Of a stretch of 64,000 bases of DNA, positions 18,354-27,876 are shown in pieces. The notes beneath the pieces are model-generated. The model searched no databases and was not told the origin of the DNA. It was given only the letters and a program-made list of their open reading frames with translations. Source of the stretch: Elusimicrobiota bacterium (GTDB lineage: Bacteria; Elusimicrobiota; Endomicrobiia; Endomicrobiales; JBDRNC01); the NCBI GenBank assembly GCA_043811535.1, contig JBDRNC010000021.1, positions 32,001-96,000 of the forward strand, written 5' to 3'. Numbering within the stretch: position 1 is the first letter of the stretch; each line of letters starts with the position of its first letter. A program made the position numbers and the translations under genes.

Positions 18354-18382
18354 TTAGACAAACCTGTTTTCGGGAAAGTTTC
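18354..18382 (-). promoter_or_regulatory. Putative autoregulatory ECF promoter
   Basis: GAAACTTT-N14-TGTCTAA about 24 bp upstream of the sigma ATG. Confidence 0.8.
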
Positions 18383-18470
18383 AGCTTCCGTATGAAGATA
18401 ACATATCATTTTATTCAGGAATAACCAAGCGCCGCAAACTGAGGGTGATTAAATGGAGTCAGAATAGATG

Positions 18471-18575
18471 ATGGTTGAGCGGTAAACGTTAAATGGTAAA
18501 CGTCGAGCAATGCAAGGAAGTCGTTTGTTTTGGCTGTTGCCGTCACTAATTGCCGATCGCTAATCGCTAATTACT
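18471..18575. repeat. Two non-complementary 7-mer arms (GGTAAAC and GCTAATY)
   Basis: ggtaaac-gttaaat-ggtaaac; actaatt-gccgatc-gctaatc-gctaatt ending 5 bp from the stop at 18580. Confidence 0.6.
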
Positions 18576-18579
18576 GTCG

Positions 18580-19605
18580 TTAAAATATATAACATCCGAC
18601 GCCGGCGCAGAACGTGTAGCCGTCTATCGGCGGTTCGAACAGAAATTCCTTCTTGCCTCCGGTGGATGCGTCAACCGCGGTCAATTTGACAGCGCTGTCC
18701 CCCTGGTAGCTCATGTAGGCAAAATGCACGCCGAAGAAGAATCCCCGTTTATTGCCGGTTTCAAATCCCAGGACAAAAGGAATTGCCGAGTTTGATAAAG
18801 AGGCTGTTTTCCTGTCGCTTCCGCTTGTGACAGTGCCCTGCGATGCCACGCCGTACATTCCGGTAGCCAGATAAATTTGTTTTCCGTAGCGCACGAGGAA
18901 GGCCTGTGAACTTCGAGAAACCGTCTGGCCGGACTCAAGGAACATCCCGTCAAGGGAGCCGTCGCCCTGTCCGATAGAGACAGAGAAATTCCTGCCGAGA
19001 TTCCCTATGGCCTCAACCCCGGTTAGACCGTAAAAACCGACCGCGTATAATGCGACGCCGAAATATTTAGGCGGTTTTTCGGGCGGCAACGCGGGGGGCG
19101 GAGAGGGTGGGGGCGCGGTGGAGACTTCGACCAGGACCTGAACCGTCGGCGGCTTAAGCAGGACCTGGGGAGTCGGCGCCTGGAGAAGCTCGGTTTTTCT
19201 GCGGGCCTCCATGAGCGCGTCATATTCGTTTTGTGCCAGGGATACATCGGTGCCGGTGGGCTTATATTTGAATAAGATCCTTTCAAGGATAGACATCCGT
19301 TCGGTTTCAGGATCGCCCGCGTTTTTGCGCTTTAAGTAGAAAAGCCATGAATCCAGGTAATTCCTTTCTATTTTGAACTGGGTAAGCTTTATCTGGTAAC
19401 GTTTCGCCTTGTATTTCTTCAGAATCCTGTCTATCACGGCTATCCGTTCAGCTGGACCGGCGCCTTTGGCTACCATCCTGGCGTAATATCTTTTTGATGA
19501 TTCAAAAGTTGTAACGGTTTTCGGTTTCGGCTTGGCCACTGAAGCCGAAACAGAACAAAAGATGAATAAAATGATTAAAATGCCGCTGATTATACGCATA
19601 CACAT
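18580..19605 (-). CDS. Hypothetical exported protein: helical repeat, Pro-rich linker, probable C-terminal beta-barrel
   Basis: Signal peptide; APPPSPPPALPPEKPP linker; amphipathic strands ending AGVGCYIF. Confidence 0.7.
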   Translation of the reverse strand: MCMRIISGILIILFIFCSVSASVAKPKPKTVTTFESSKRYYARMVAKGAGPAERIAVIDRILKKYKAKRYQIKLTQFKIERNYLDSWLFYLKRKNAGDPETERMSILERILFKYKPTGTDVSLAQNEYDALMEARRKTELLQAPTPQVLLKPPTVQVLVEVSTAPPPSPPPALPPEKPPKYFGVALYAVGFYGLTGVEAIGNLGRNFSVSIGQGDGSLDGMFLESGQTVSRSSQAFLVRYGKQIYLATGMYGVASQGTVTSGSDRKTASLSNSAIPFVLGFETGNKRGFFFGVHFAYMSYQGDSAVKLTAVDASTGGKKEFLFEPPIDGYTFCAGVGCYIF

Positions 19606-19887
19606 AGTATAGCCTATATTTCTGAAAAATCAATGTGATTTTAGTCCTATTGCAAAGTGCGTTAAATCACGTCAAGTTTTGTGGATAATGGTTGAATTTT
19701 CTGCTACAATTATATATATTCTGATATAAAATAATACTATAAATAAAACCATTTTCTATGATTTCCATTCCCCGGAAATTCAAGGTTTTGTTCTCGTTAG
19801 GCCTGCTGTTCCTGCCTGAAATGACTTGCATAAGGCTGTGGGAAAATTCGCGATAATAAAATAGCGGTCAAAGAGGATTATACCCCC

Positions 19888-20778
19888 ATGTACCTTCCGG
19901 ATTCTTTTTACGAAGGCACTGTAATCAGGCCGCCAAGCGAGGCGGACAGCCTGATATTCCAGGTCACGCTGGGATGCACGGATAATTCGTGCATCTTCTG
20001 CCCCGCATACAAGGATAAGAAGTTCAAAATTAAGGAGATATCCGATATCGAGCGCGAGATGAAATACGCGGCCGGGATGTTCCCGGGAACGCGGAAGATA
20101 TTTCTTGCTGACGGCGATGCGATAGCCGTCGGGCAGGAAAAGCTTGTAAAGATACTTGAACTTGCGGAAAAATACTTCCCCGGGCTGACGCGCGCGGGGA
20201 TATACGGTTCAATAAAGAGCCTGGAAAACAAATCAGTCGAAGACCTCAAGGAGTTAAAAGCGCTGAAGCTCGGAATCATCTATCTGGGGTTCGAGACTGG
20301 GGACCCGGATGTATATAAATTTATCGGGAAATACGGTTCGCCGCAGGGCAATATTGACGCGTGCGAGAAGGTAAAGGAAGCCGGTATCAGGACAAATGTA
20401 ACCGTAATATCCGGCCTTGGCGGGAAAGACATGAGCCGGGCGCACGCCGAAAACACGGCAAAAATGCTTAATAGGGCCCAACCTGACCAGATAGCCGCGC
20501 TTACGCTTATGATCGTGCCGGGAACAAAATTGCATGCAATGAAGGAAAAGGGAGAGTTCAAGCCGCTGGACGATTTTGAGTTCCTGGCAGAACTTAAGAT
20601 TCTTATAGAAAATCTCGAGGATTTCCGCTGTCAGTTCTTCGCGAACCATGCGTCCAATTATTACCCCATAGCCGCGCGTTTCCCGAAAGACAAACCCGCG
20701 GTAATCGCGGAATTGACCCGGCTTCTCAATGCTGGAGATAAGTCGGGCTTGAGGCCCGAGTGGACGAGAGGACTGTAG
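19888..20778 (+). CDS. Radical SAM protein
   Basis: RPPSEA..QVTLGCTDNSCIFC cluster motif, FLADGDA, YLGFETG. Confidence 0.9.
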   Translation: MYLPDSFYEGTVIRPPSEADSLIFQVTLGCTDNSCIFCPAYKDKKFKIKEISDIEREMKYAAGMFPGTRKIFLADGDAIAVGQEKLVKILELAEKYFPGLTRAGIYGSIKSLENKSVEDLKELKALKLGIIYLGFETGDPDVYKFIGKYGSPQGNIDACEKVKEAGIRTNVTVISGLGGKDMSRAHAENTAKMLNRAQPDQIAALTLMIVPGTKLHAMKEKGEFKPLDDFEFLAELKILIENLEDFRCQFFANHASNYYPIAARFPKDKPAVIAELTRLLNAGDKSGLRPEWTRGL

Positions 20779-20782
20779 TGGC

Positions 20783-20810
20783 AGGGTCCAGTCGCCAGGG
20801 TCCAGGGGCC
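20783..20810. repeat. 7-mer arm, AGGGTCM family
   Basis: agggtcc-agtcgcc-agggtcc-aggggcc, 5 bp after stop. Confidence 0.7.
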
Positions 20811-20874
20811 TGTAAAAACAAAGACACGATTACATAAATCCTTTATCCTACATTTTTGGTATAATCATATTTCA

Positions 20875-21951
20875 ATGAAAGCAAAAACTCTGCTAATTGT
20901 CTTAATGATCACCGCCGTGTGCGTCGGCGTCCTGCGCGCGTCAATCAAGGATATTGAGCACAAGGCCGAAGTAAAGGAAACCATAGTATCGTTCAGCCCC
21001 AAGATAGAGCTTATCCTTCCCAACGGCGCGATGGACCTGAAGCTCAAGCAGAAGTATGTGAACACCCTGATAGAATTTCAGACAAAGTATGATTACCTGG
21101 ACAACTATATCTTTTCGGACCTGGACATGTCATACCTTTTTGACAGAACATCGTTCGGGCTTGACCTGTCGGATAAAGTGGATTTTGAAGAGCTTTTCGC
21201 GCAGAGAACAACGCTTCAGCGGATACGCCGCGTGACGCCGTATGTCGGATACAACCTGACCGATAAGGTCAAACTCACGTTTTATAACAGGTTCGGCAAC
21301 AGTTATACCGTACTGCTTGACAGCAACACCGTTCTGGAAAGCGGCAAAGACGTCAAGCCGGGAGTTAACCTTATGTACAGCTCGATTGACGAATCGGGCG
21401 AATTGACGAAAGGCATCAAGGCCTCCATAGACGTAGGGAAATCATTCGCGATTTTCGGAGGCGAATTTGATTACACGCAGGCGGAGGCGACCCTTCATGA
21501 TTTCACGTACCTATCCGACAAGCATCACATAGAGACGAACGTGAAGATAGGGTACCCTTTGTCGCTGTTAAAGAAACCCGTAACCGAGATATACGGGCTG
21601 GGCGGTTTTGACATGTTAAGGGGATATAAGATCAAGGAATTTGAGGGCGACAGCATGGAATACCTGGGCCTTAAATACCGTTTCCCGCTGATTTTGAAAA
21701 GGGATTTCATGAACCTTTCGCTGGACGTTTTTTCGGTTGACCTGCAGTATGAAATTGGAAAGACCGGCACGAAAGAGATATTTGACACTTTCAGGGACAT
21801 GAAATCAAGTTTTGGTTTCGGCGCCGGTTTTGATCTTACTTTTTTTGAGACCGTAAAGACCAAATTGAACGCGTCGGTAAACCAGGCGATGGAATCCCGC
21901 AGCCCGGAGTTCTATTTCAGTATTTACGCGGTAAGTTACCTTATGAAATAG
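20875..21951 (+). CDS. Outer-membrane beta-barrel protein, Omp85/BamA-TamA barrel-like
   Basis: Signal peptide; LGGFDMLRGY resembles the Omp85 loop-6 (V/L)RG(F/Y) motif; SSFGFGAGF. Confidence 0.6.
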   Translation: MKAKTLLIVLMITAVCVGVLRASIKDIEHKAEVKETIVSFSPKIELILPNGAMDLKLKQKYVNTLIEFQTKYDYLDNYIFSDLDMSYLFDRTSFGLDLSDKVDFEELFAQRTTLQRIRRVTPYVGYNLTDKVKLTFYNRFGNSYTVLLDSNTVLESGKDVKPGVNLMYSSIDESGELTKGIKASIDVGKSFAIFGGEFDYTQAEATLHDFTYLSDKHHIETNVKIGYPLSLLKKPVTEIYGLGGFDMLRGYKIKEFEGDSMEYLGLKYRFPLILKRDFMNLSLDVFSVDLQYEIGKTGTKEIFDTFRDMKSSFGFGAGFDLTFFETVKTKLNASVNQAMESRSPEFYFSIYAVSYLMK

Positions 21952-22074
21952 ACGCATTCCGCTGTTTTACGCAGCCGCGATATTTTTATACAATACCTTG
22001 TATTTGACTGAAAAGCTATATACAATATTATGGCCTAAGGACGCGCTGCGGACGCTTTTAAACGGTTACCGGAT

Positions 22075-22902
22075 ATGGTTAGAAACGTCAAATTAAACAC
22101 GGATGTCATCCTTGTCGGCATACAACTGCTGTTCTTTGTCCTTTTGATAATCTTTGTTTTTCCTCATTCCAAGGATGACAGGATAATAGGCCAGATACGG
22201 AAGGATGGAGTGAGATTTGAAACAGGGAGAGTCATTGTCTGGGTTGAAAAGGATTACCTGGACAAAAAGGCCATCGAGGAATTCGGAGAGCTCGCGGACA
22301 AGGGCATCAGGGATATCGAAAATTACCTGAAAATCACCTTTGATAAAGAACATTTTTCCGGAGAAAAACCCGCCTATTTCCTTAAAAGCGGCAAATTTAT
22401 TTCACGCTGCTGTGAATGCAACCCTCTATTCAGAAAACCCTATATAATCCTTTGCGGCTCATACCTAAAAACCGCTCCCTATTTGTACCTGACGGTCAGG
22501 CTTGTCGCGTGGAACAGCAATGAGCGCTGGCTGCAGGACGGTCTCGCGCTTTATTTGAACGATAAGCTCGGGGGCTGGCCGACATGGCCGAATTTCGGCG
22601 TGGACCTGGACCTTAAAGCGAAGAATTATTTTGAAGACGGCAATCCCCTGAAGTATTTCGCGCTTGAAATGTATAAGAAGATCGGAGAAAACACGGCCCC
22701 GCAGTTTGAGATCGGAGAATATGAGATATTTTCAGTTCTATCGGCTTCATTTGTGAAATACCTGGATGATAATCTGGGCACGGACCAGTTTATGTCGATA
22801 TACGAGTCAAAAAACCCCAAACAGACGATATACCAGCTTACCCGGAAAGGCATGGACAAATGGAAAGACGAGTGGTTGAGCTATATATGCAAGGAAAAGT
22901 GA
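22075..22902 (+). CDS. Membrane-anchored hypothetical protein, gluzincin-like
   Basis: N-terminal TM; WLQDGLALYL and SASFVKYL resemble peptidase MA-like helices; no HExxH. Confidence 0.6.
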   Translation: MVRNVKLNTDVILVGIQLLFFVLLIIFVFPHSKDDRIIGQIRKDGVRFETGRVIVWVEKDYLDKKAIEEFGELADKGIRDIENYLKITFDKEHFSGEKPAYFLKSGKFISRCCECNPLFRKPYIILCGSYLKTAPYLYLTVRLVAWNSNERWLQDGLALYLNDKLGGWPTWPNFGVDLDLKAKNYFEDGNPLKYFALEMYKKIGENTAPQFEIGEYEIFSVLSASFVKYLDDNLGTDQFMSIYESKNPKQTIYQLTRKGMDKWKDEWLSYICKEK

Positions 22903-22954
22903 ACGGCAGCGGCGATCATCCCGACAAAGCCTGGATTATCCAAAACAAGTAAAT

Positions 22955-25261
22955 ATGAGAGAAAGTCTCCCGCGGTTATTCCGGATATTTATATTCCCGG
23001 CTTTATTGCTTCTTTTGACCTTGTTTACCTTCAGAGATGTTCTTGTAAATCCCGGCAGCAGCGTCCTTTCGAAATACGGTTCCGACATGACAGGGTATTT
23101 TGTATATTCCAGGGAATTCGGTTTCAATGAACTGAAGCACGGAAACCTGCCGCTTTGGAACCCGCATGTATATTCTGGGACTCCATTCCTGGCAAATTTC
23201 CAGTCCGCGCTGTTTTATCCGCTTAATTTCATTTTCTTTTTCCTGCCCGTGCACCTTGCCATTAACTGGTCAATAATCCTGCACGTGTATCTTATGGGGC
23301 TTTTTGCGTATTTTTGGGGGCGCCGCAGAAGCCTGTCGCCGCCGGCGGCATTTTTTGCCGGAGCGCTCATCATGTTTTCGGGCTCGTTTTTCATGCGCGT
23401 ATATCCCGGACACCTAACGGTAATGGCCGCGATGGCGTGGATACCGCTGGTATTTCTTTCTCTTGACGCGCTGGCCGCTTCCGCGGCGGCAAAATGGTAT
23501 TTTATAGGAATATTCTCGGTTGTCATGCAGATACTTTCAGGGCACTCGCAGTATGTTTATTACACGGGTGTCGCGGCGCTTATTTATTCGTTATTTTACG
23601 CAAAGGACGGGAAATTCAGGGTTCCGGCGGGATTATTTGTTTTTTTTGCGGCAGCTGCCGTTATCTGCGCGGTGCAGCTGCTGCCGGCAGTTGAGTTCAC
23701 GAGAGAAAGCATAAGGGGCGGAAAGCTGGATTTTGCGTTTGCGTCGTCATTTTCGTTTCCACCCGAAAACCTCCTGACGTTCGTAGTGCCCGGAATATTC
23801 GGAGATCTTGCCGGCATAGGATACTGGGGCAGGAGTTATTTGTGGGAAGCGACCGGATTCTTCACGGTTACAGGTTTTGTTTTCGCGGTTTACGGCTTTT
23901 TCCGCGGAGATAAGAACCAGAATAAATATCTTGCGCCGGCGGCCCTTATTCTACTGGTTCTCGCGCTTGGCAAATACACGCCGCTTTACAAGCCGTTGTA
24001 TCAAGCGCTGCCTTTCTACGGGCAGTTCAGGGGCAGTTCGAAGTTCATCATATATGTCACGATGTTCCTTGCGATGGTCTCCGCGTCGGGATTTGAGAGC
24101 CTCTTAAAAAAGGGAACACCGGGCGGAAAACCGGCAAAGATTATTTTCATAACAGCGATTCTATTTTTAGCAGCCGGGTTATCCATAAAAGGTTCGCTGG
24201 TTTCTTCCGCGGCAACGGGGATCTGGGCGAAATTCGCGGGCGCGATCGGCGCAACCGGGGAAACGCCTTTTGTTTCGAGCATATACAGCCAAGGCATATT
24301 CATCTATGAATCCGGGATATTCGCATACAAGAGTATTATTTCAACTGTTTTCATTATGGCCCTGCTGGGGCTTATCTTCCAGCTGAGCAAACGCACGCGG
24401 CTCGCCGCGTACGCGGTTCTGGCGGTCGCGGCAGCCGAGGCCCTCGTATTTTCGGCGAAATACAGGCCGTCTTTCGACGTAAACCTCACCCGCGCGCCCC
24501 AAATGGAGCAGTTTATTAAATCACATCCGGGGGATTACCGGATGCTGATACTCGGCAAGCCGAATGTTTCCATGTCGTGCGGAGCGTATGACATCTTCGG
24601 GAGCGATACGAACACGCTGAAAAGATACTCGGAATTTATCGCATTCACTCAGGGCGAAAATACCGCGGGAGCCAACCAGTACCTGAACTTTTCCAGATAC
24701 AGCCGGCTTTTTGATATTATCAGGTGCAAGTACGTTTTCCTCCTGGAAAACAACGATATGAAACTGATGCGCGAATCAAAGACAGTCTTGCCGCATGTAT
24801 CGCTCGTGCGGAAATACGAGCTGGTTCCCGGGCGCGATGAAATATTCAAGAGCTTAAGCGGCGAAGACTTCAATTTTGCTGAAAAAGTGCTTCTGGAAAA
24901 TCAGCCGCCGATCGAGCCCGGCGGAAGCGGGGCGGGGAACGCGAGAGTGACCGGATTTACTACGGACAGCGTGACAATAGAGGCAGAAACAAAGACACCC
25001 TCACTTTTACTCATCACGGACATTTACAGCACTGCATGGAAAATCAGGCCGGTTGAAAAATCAGCAGAGATAAAGTATCAAATAATTCCGGCGGACTATA
25101 TACTGATGGCCGTTCCGCTTGCCGCGGGAAAGCATAAAATGGTCCTGGAATACATGCCGGACGGGTTTATCGCAGGCAAGTATATCTCGGCCGTGTCGGC
25201 CTTTATTTTTATTGCGGCGTTCTGTTATTGGGCAATACTGACAAGAAAAAGGCTCCATTAA
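22955..25261 (+). CDS. YfhO-like polytopic membrane protein (GT-C type glycosyltransferase)
   Basis: PLWNPHVYSGTPFLAN..LFYP, many TMs, AVQLLP, C-terminal AVPLAAGKHKMVLEY. Confidence 0.8.
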   Translation: MRESLPRLFRIFIFPALLLLLTLFTFRDVLVNPGSSVLSKYGSDMTGYFVYSREFGFNELKHGNLPLWNPHVYSGTPFLANFQSALFYPLNFIFFFLPVHLAINWSIILHVYLMGLFAYFWGRRRSLSPPAAFFAGALIMFSGSFFMRVYPGHLTVMAAMAWIPLVFLSLDALAASAAAKWYFIGIFSVVMQILSGHSQYVYYTGVAALIYSLFYAKDGKFRVPAGLFVFFAAAAVICAVQLLPAVEFTRESIRGGKLDFAFASSFSFPPENLLTFVVPGIFGDLAGIGYWGRSYLWEATGFFTVTGFVFAVYGFFRGDKNQNKYLAPAALILLVLALGKYTPLYKPLYQALPFYGQFRGSSKFIIYVTMFLAMVSASGFESLLKKGTPGGKPAKIIFITAILFLAAGLSIKGSLVSSAATGIWAKFAGAIGATGETPFVSSIYSQGIFIYESGIFAYKSIISTVFIMALLGLIFQLSKRTRLAAYAVLAVAAAEALVFSAKYRPSFDVNLTRAPQMEQFIKSHPGDYRMLILGKPNVSMSCGAYDIFGSDTNTLKRYSEFIAFTQGENTAGANQYLNFSRYSRLFDIIRCKYVFLLENNDMKLMRESKTVLPHVSLVRKYELVPGRDEIFKSLSGEDFNFAEKVLLENQPPIEPGGSGAGNARVTGFTTDSVTIEAETKTPSLLLITDIYSTAWKIRPVEKSAEIKYQIIPADYILMAVPLAAGKHKMVLEYMPDGFIAGKYISAVSAFIFIAAFCYWAILTRKRLH

Positions 25262-25312
25262 ACACTGTATTTTTGGTATAATTTTACTCCGATTCACGGA
25301 ACAAGGGAATAC

Positions 25313-25939
25313 ATGAAGATATTCAGAATAATCTGTTTTATTTCGGTGTGCTTGCTTGCATGTCTTTGCTTTTCTTCGGCGGAAAAAAAGGGCATATCCG
25401 TTGACTGGCAGAAGATACGCTCGGCATACGGGGATTTCCTGAAAAAACCGAGCAGTCATCACGCAAGGGCGCTCGTAAACACGCTTCCGGAAAGGGCGGT
25501 TGCGCCGGAAGAACTAGTAGGGGCGGGGGAAGAGACCGTCGCGTACATTTTTGACGGAGAAAGATTCAAGCATTTTGAGGATATTGTCAGAAAAGCCAAG
25601 CCGGAACACATGCGCGCGGCGCTGAAAATGACGAACATCGCTGATGAAGATCATTCGGGGGAGCTGGAAGCGCTGCTTGGCAGCTGCATCACAGCGAATC
25701 CCGCGGGATTCCTGGATACAGTGAAAGACGCGTCCGAATTCCGGCTCCGCGGTATTCTGGGGAATTTCAGCGGTGAATTCGATATTGACAATAACGCAAG
25801 GATAAAGGAACTGAATGAGAATTACGCCGCTATCGAGAAAATCAGGAAGAGAAAATACCTGCAGATAAGAGATAAATGCCTTGCCATAATTAAGATCTTT
25901 ATTGAAGAGCGGGAATCCATGAAAATACAGGGAGAGTAA
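25313..25939 (+). CDS. Hypothetical exported helical protein
   Basis: Signal peptide, 208-aa ORF in operon orientation. Confidence 0.7.
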   Translation: MKIFRIICFISVCLLACLCFSSAEKKGISVDWQKIRSAYGDFLKKPSSHHARALVNTLPERAVAPEELVGAGEETVAYIFDGERFKHFEDIVRKAKPEHMRAALKMTNIADEDHSGELEALLGSCITANPAGFLDTVKDASEFRLRGILGNFSGEFDIDNNARIKELNENYAAIEKIRKRKYLQIRDKCLAIIKIFIEERESMKIQGE

Positions 25940-25946
25940 CAGGATA

Positions 25947-26018
25947 GATGGAAGAAGGAAGCAGGAAGCAGAAACTAACAACCAACAACCAACAACCAAC
26001 AACCAACAATCAATAACC
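25947..26018. repeat. Chimeric 7-mer element: GGAAGNA arm plus CCAACAA arm
   Basis: ggaagaa-ggaagca-ggaagca, then ctaacaa-(ccaacaa)x4-tcaataa. Confidence 0.85.
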
Positions 26019-26029
26019 CATAACGAAAT

Positions 26030-26812
26030 ATGAATTATTATATTGCGGCGGCGGCGGCGGCAACCGCGGTTTCTCTGATTTTATTCTATAGTATTTGGGG
26101 CAAATATCCGTGGCGCGGCAGGAAGGCCGCGATGATTTGCTTTATTGCCGCACTTTCGTTCAGCTATCTTATTAATGTATTTGTAAAGGCGCCCATTTAT
26201 AAATACGTGCTTTCCACGCTGAATATCAATCCCTCCGTTTCCCTCTGGCCCGTATGGTTCCTGCCGATCGGGATCGCAATCGGCCCTTTTTGGGAAGAAC
26301 TTATCAAGGCCGTGCCCCCGGTCGCCAATAGAGTTTTCCTGAAAGAAAAAGCCGACATTTATTATACCGGACTTATGGCGGGCCTCGGTTTTGGTATAGG
26401 GGAGGCATGGTACCTGGCTGTCCAATTCGCTCCGTTGTTCCCGCATTACGCGCCCTACGGAACCGGCGCGGCGCTGATATATGGTTTCGCGGGCGAAAGA
26501 ATGTTCTCCGTTTTCTTTCACATTGTCGCGACCGGCATTACGGCATACGGATTATGCACGGGCCGGCCTCTGCAGTTCTTCCTTATAGCCGTGCTCTCGC
26601 ATTTTTTTACTAATTTCCCTCTGGGAATGTCCCAGATAGGCTTGATGAATATTCCGATCGTATCTACAGTAACAATCGTGTCAACGATCGCTTTTTATGG
26701 ATTGCTGTTTTATATGTTTTTTGCCAGGATCGATCTAAATATGAAAAAGCAATTCCGTAAAAGTGAAACGATCGAAAGAAAAGTGATTTTCGAGAGAAAT
26801 GAAAGTATTTGA
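26030..26812 (+). CDS. PrsW/YhfC-like intramembrane glutamic protease
   Basis: EELIK, GLGFGIGE and two conserved His in TM segments. Confidence 0.75.
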   Translation: MNYYIAAAAAATAVSLILFYSIWGKYPWRGRKAAMICFIAALSFSYLINVFVKAPIYKYVLSTLNINPSVSLWPVWFLPIGIAIGPFWEELIKAVPPVANRVFLKEKADIYYTGLMAGLGFGIGEAWYLAVQFAPLFPHYAPYGTGAALIYGFAGERMFSVFFHIVATGITAYGLCTGRPLQFFLIAVLSHFFTNFPLGMSQIGLMNIPIVSTVTIVSTIAFYGLLFYMFFARIDLNMKKQFRKSETIERKVIFERNESI

Positions 26813-27278
26813 TATCGAAAGAAGCGTAGTGCCGGCGCTGGTAATCGCCGCAACAACGGCGGCTGTAATCGTGTTGGCCGTATCACTGCCCTTGTACGCG
26901 CTTCGCGCGCCTTTATGGTTGGTGGTTATCATGCTGCTGCTATTTGCCGGTTTTCTGCCGGTATATTTCAGCATGAGATATATGATTGAAGAGAACGGCC
27001 TAATACTAAGAGCGTGGCCGTTTAAGGCGGTCATAGGTTATAAGGACATTAAAAGCGTTGAGCTTGTCCCGGGTAAGAGATACCTCAAGCTCAGAATATC
27101 CGGTATTTCAACATACGGCTTCTATTTCGGAAAGTTTTCCACTGTTGACGGCATGGCTGATGTTTACGCGGGGAAAATAAAGGATCTGGTCGTGATAAAA
27201 ACAGAAAGGAAAACGTATGCTGTCGCTCCCAAAGATATAGACGGCTTCATTTCATGCATTAAGGAGAAATTGCAGTGA
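26799..27278 (+). CDS. Membrane protein with bacterial PH domain
   Basis: Two TMs, then IGYKDIKSVE...GFYFGKF...VVIKT...YAVAP pattern. Confidence 0.7.
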   Translation: MKVFDIERSVVPALVIAATTAAVIVLAVSLPLYALRAPLWLVVIMLLLFAGFLPVYFSMRYMIEENGLILRAWPFKAVIGYKDIKSVELVPGKRYLKLRISGISTYGFYFGKFSTVDGMADVYAGKIKDLVVIKTERKTYAVAPKDIDGFISCIKEKLQ

Positions 27279-27736
27279 TTAAATTCTTCGCAAAATGGGT
27301 TTTAAGCGCCGTGGCGCTGCTGCTGGTCGTCAACATGACTTCAAAGGCCGGCGCAGACGGCTGGAGCGCGCTTCTCGTCGCCGCGCTTATCCTCGGACTG
27401 CTGAACGCGTTCCTGAAACCGCTTATTGTCATTGTTACGCTGCCGATAAATATAATGTCACTTGGAATATTCACGCTTGCAATAAACGGATTTATGTTCT
27501 GGGTTGTTTCCAAAATCGTTCAGGGATTTTACGTTACAAGTTTCTGGGGCGCGATGTGGGCGGCGCTGCTGTTCAGCGTTATCAGTTTTTTACTGAACCT
27601 GATGATAGGCGGTTTGAAGCGGGAAACGCGCAAAAATAATTTTCATACGCCTGAAACAAAACACGGCAGGATTGTCGAAGCGGAGGTGGTCGGAGAAGAG
27701 ACAGACGGAAGAAGGAAGTTGGAAGAAGGAAGATAA
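27275..27736 (+). CDS. Phage-holin-family (YvlD-like, 4 TM) membrane protein
   Basis: ALILGLLNAFLKP...TLPINIMSLGIF...INGFMF signature. Confidence 0.88.
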   Translation: MIKFFAKWVLSAVALLLVVNMTSKAGADGWSALLVAALILGLLNAFLKPLIVIVTLPINIMSLGIFTLAINGFMFWVVSKIVQGFYVTSFWGAMWAALLFSVISFLLNLMIGGLKRETRKNNFHTPETKHGRIVEAEVVGEETDGRRKLEEGR

Positions 27737-27824
27737 CGGTAAAATATAGTTATATGGTTAAATTGCCATATGGCTGAACGATTGAATACGTTAGCAATTT
27801 AGCAATCTAGCCATTTAGCCATAT
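27703..27824. repeat. GGAAGNN arm in the holin C-terminus followed by an inverted 8-mer ATGGYTAN element
   Basis: ggaagaa-ggaagtt-ggaagaa-ggaagat (encodes GRRKLEEGR); atggttaa-attgccat-atggctga; ttagcaat-ttagcaat-ctagccat-ttagccat. Confidence 0.85.
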
Positions 27825-27841
27825 ATTCTTTCAAATTTCTC

Positions 27842-27870
27842 TTGACACTTTTAATTTGCGGGGCTATAGT
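27842..27870 (+). promoter_or_regulatory. Near-consensus sigma70 promoter with no downstream ORF
   Basis: TTGACA-17 bp-TATAGT. Confidence 0.7.
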
Positions 27871-27876
27871 AGTATT

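Noticed and set aside
19680..19688. Perfect DnaA box TGTGGATAA in an AT-rich gap, suggesting oriC
   Set aside because: Only one perfect box and one two-mismatch box; no dnaA/dnaN context.
25514..26002. 162-aa minus-strand ORF starting MLVVGCWLLV
   Set aside because: Its start is the reverse-translated CCAACAA repeat, and the rest is antisense to 25313-25939.
27275..27736. Holin-family gene as evidence of a prophage
   Set aside because: The YvlD-like family is common in chromosomes and no phage genes are nearby.
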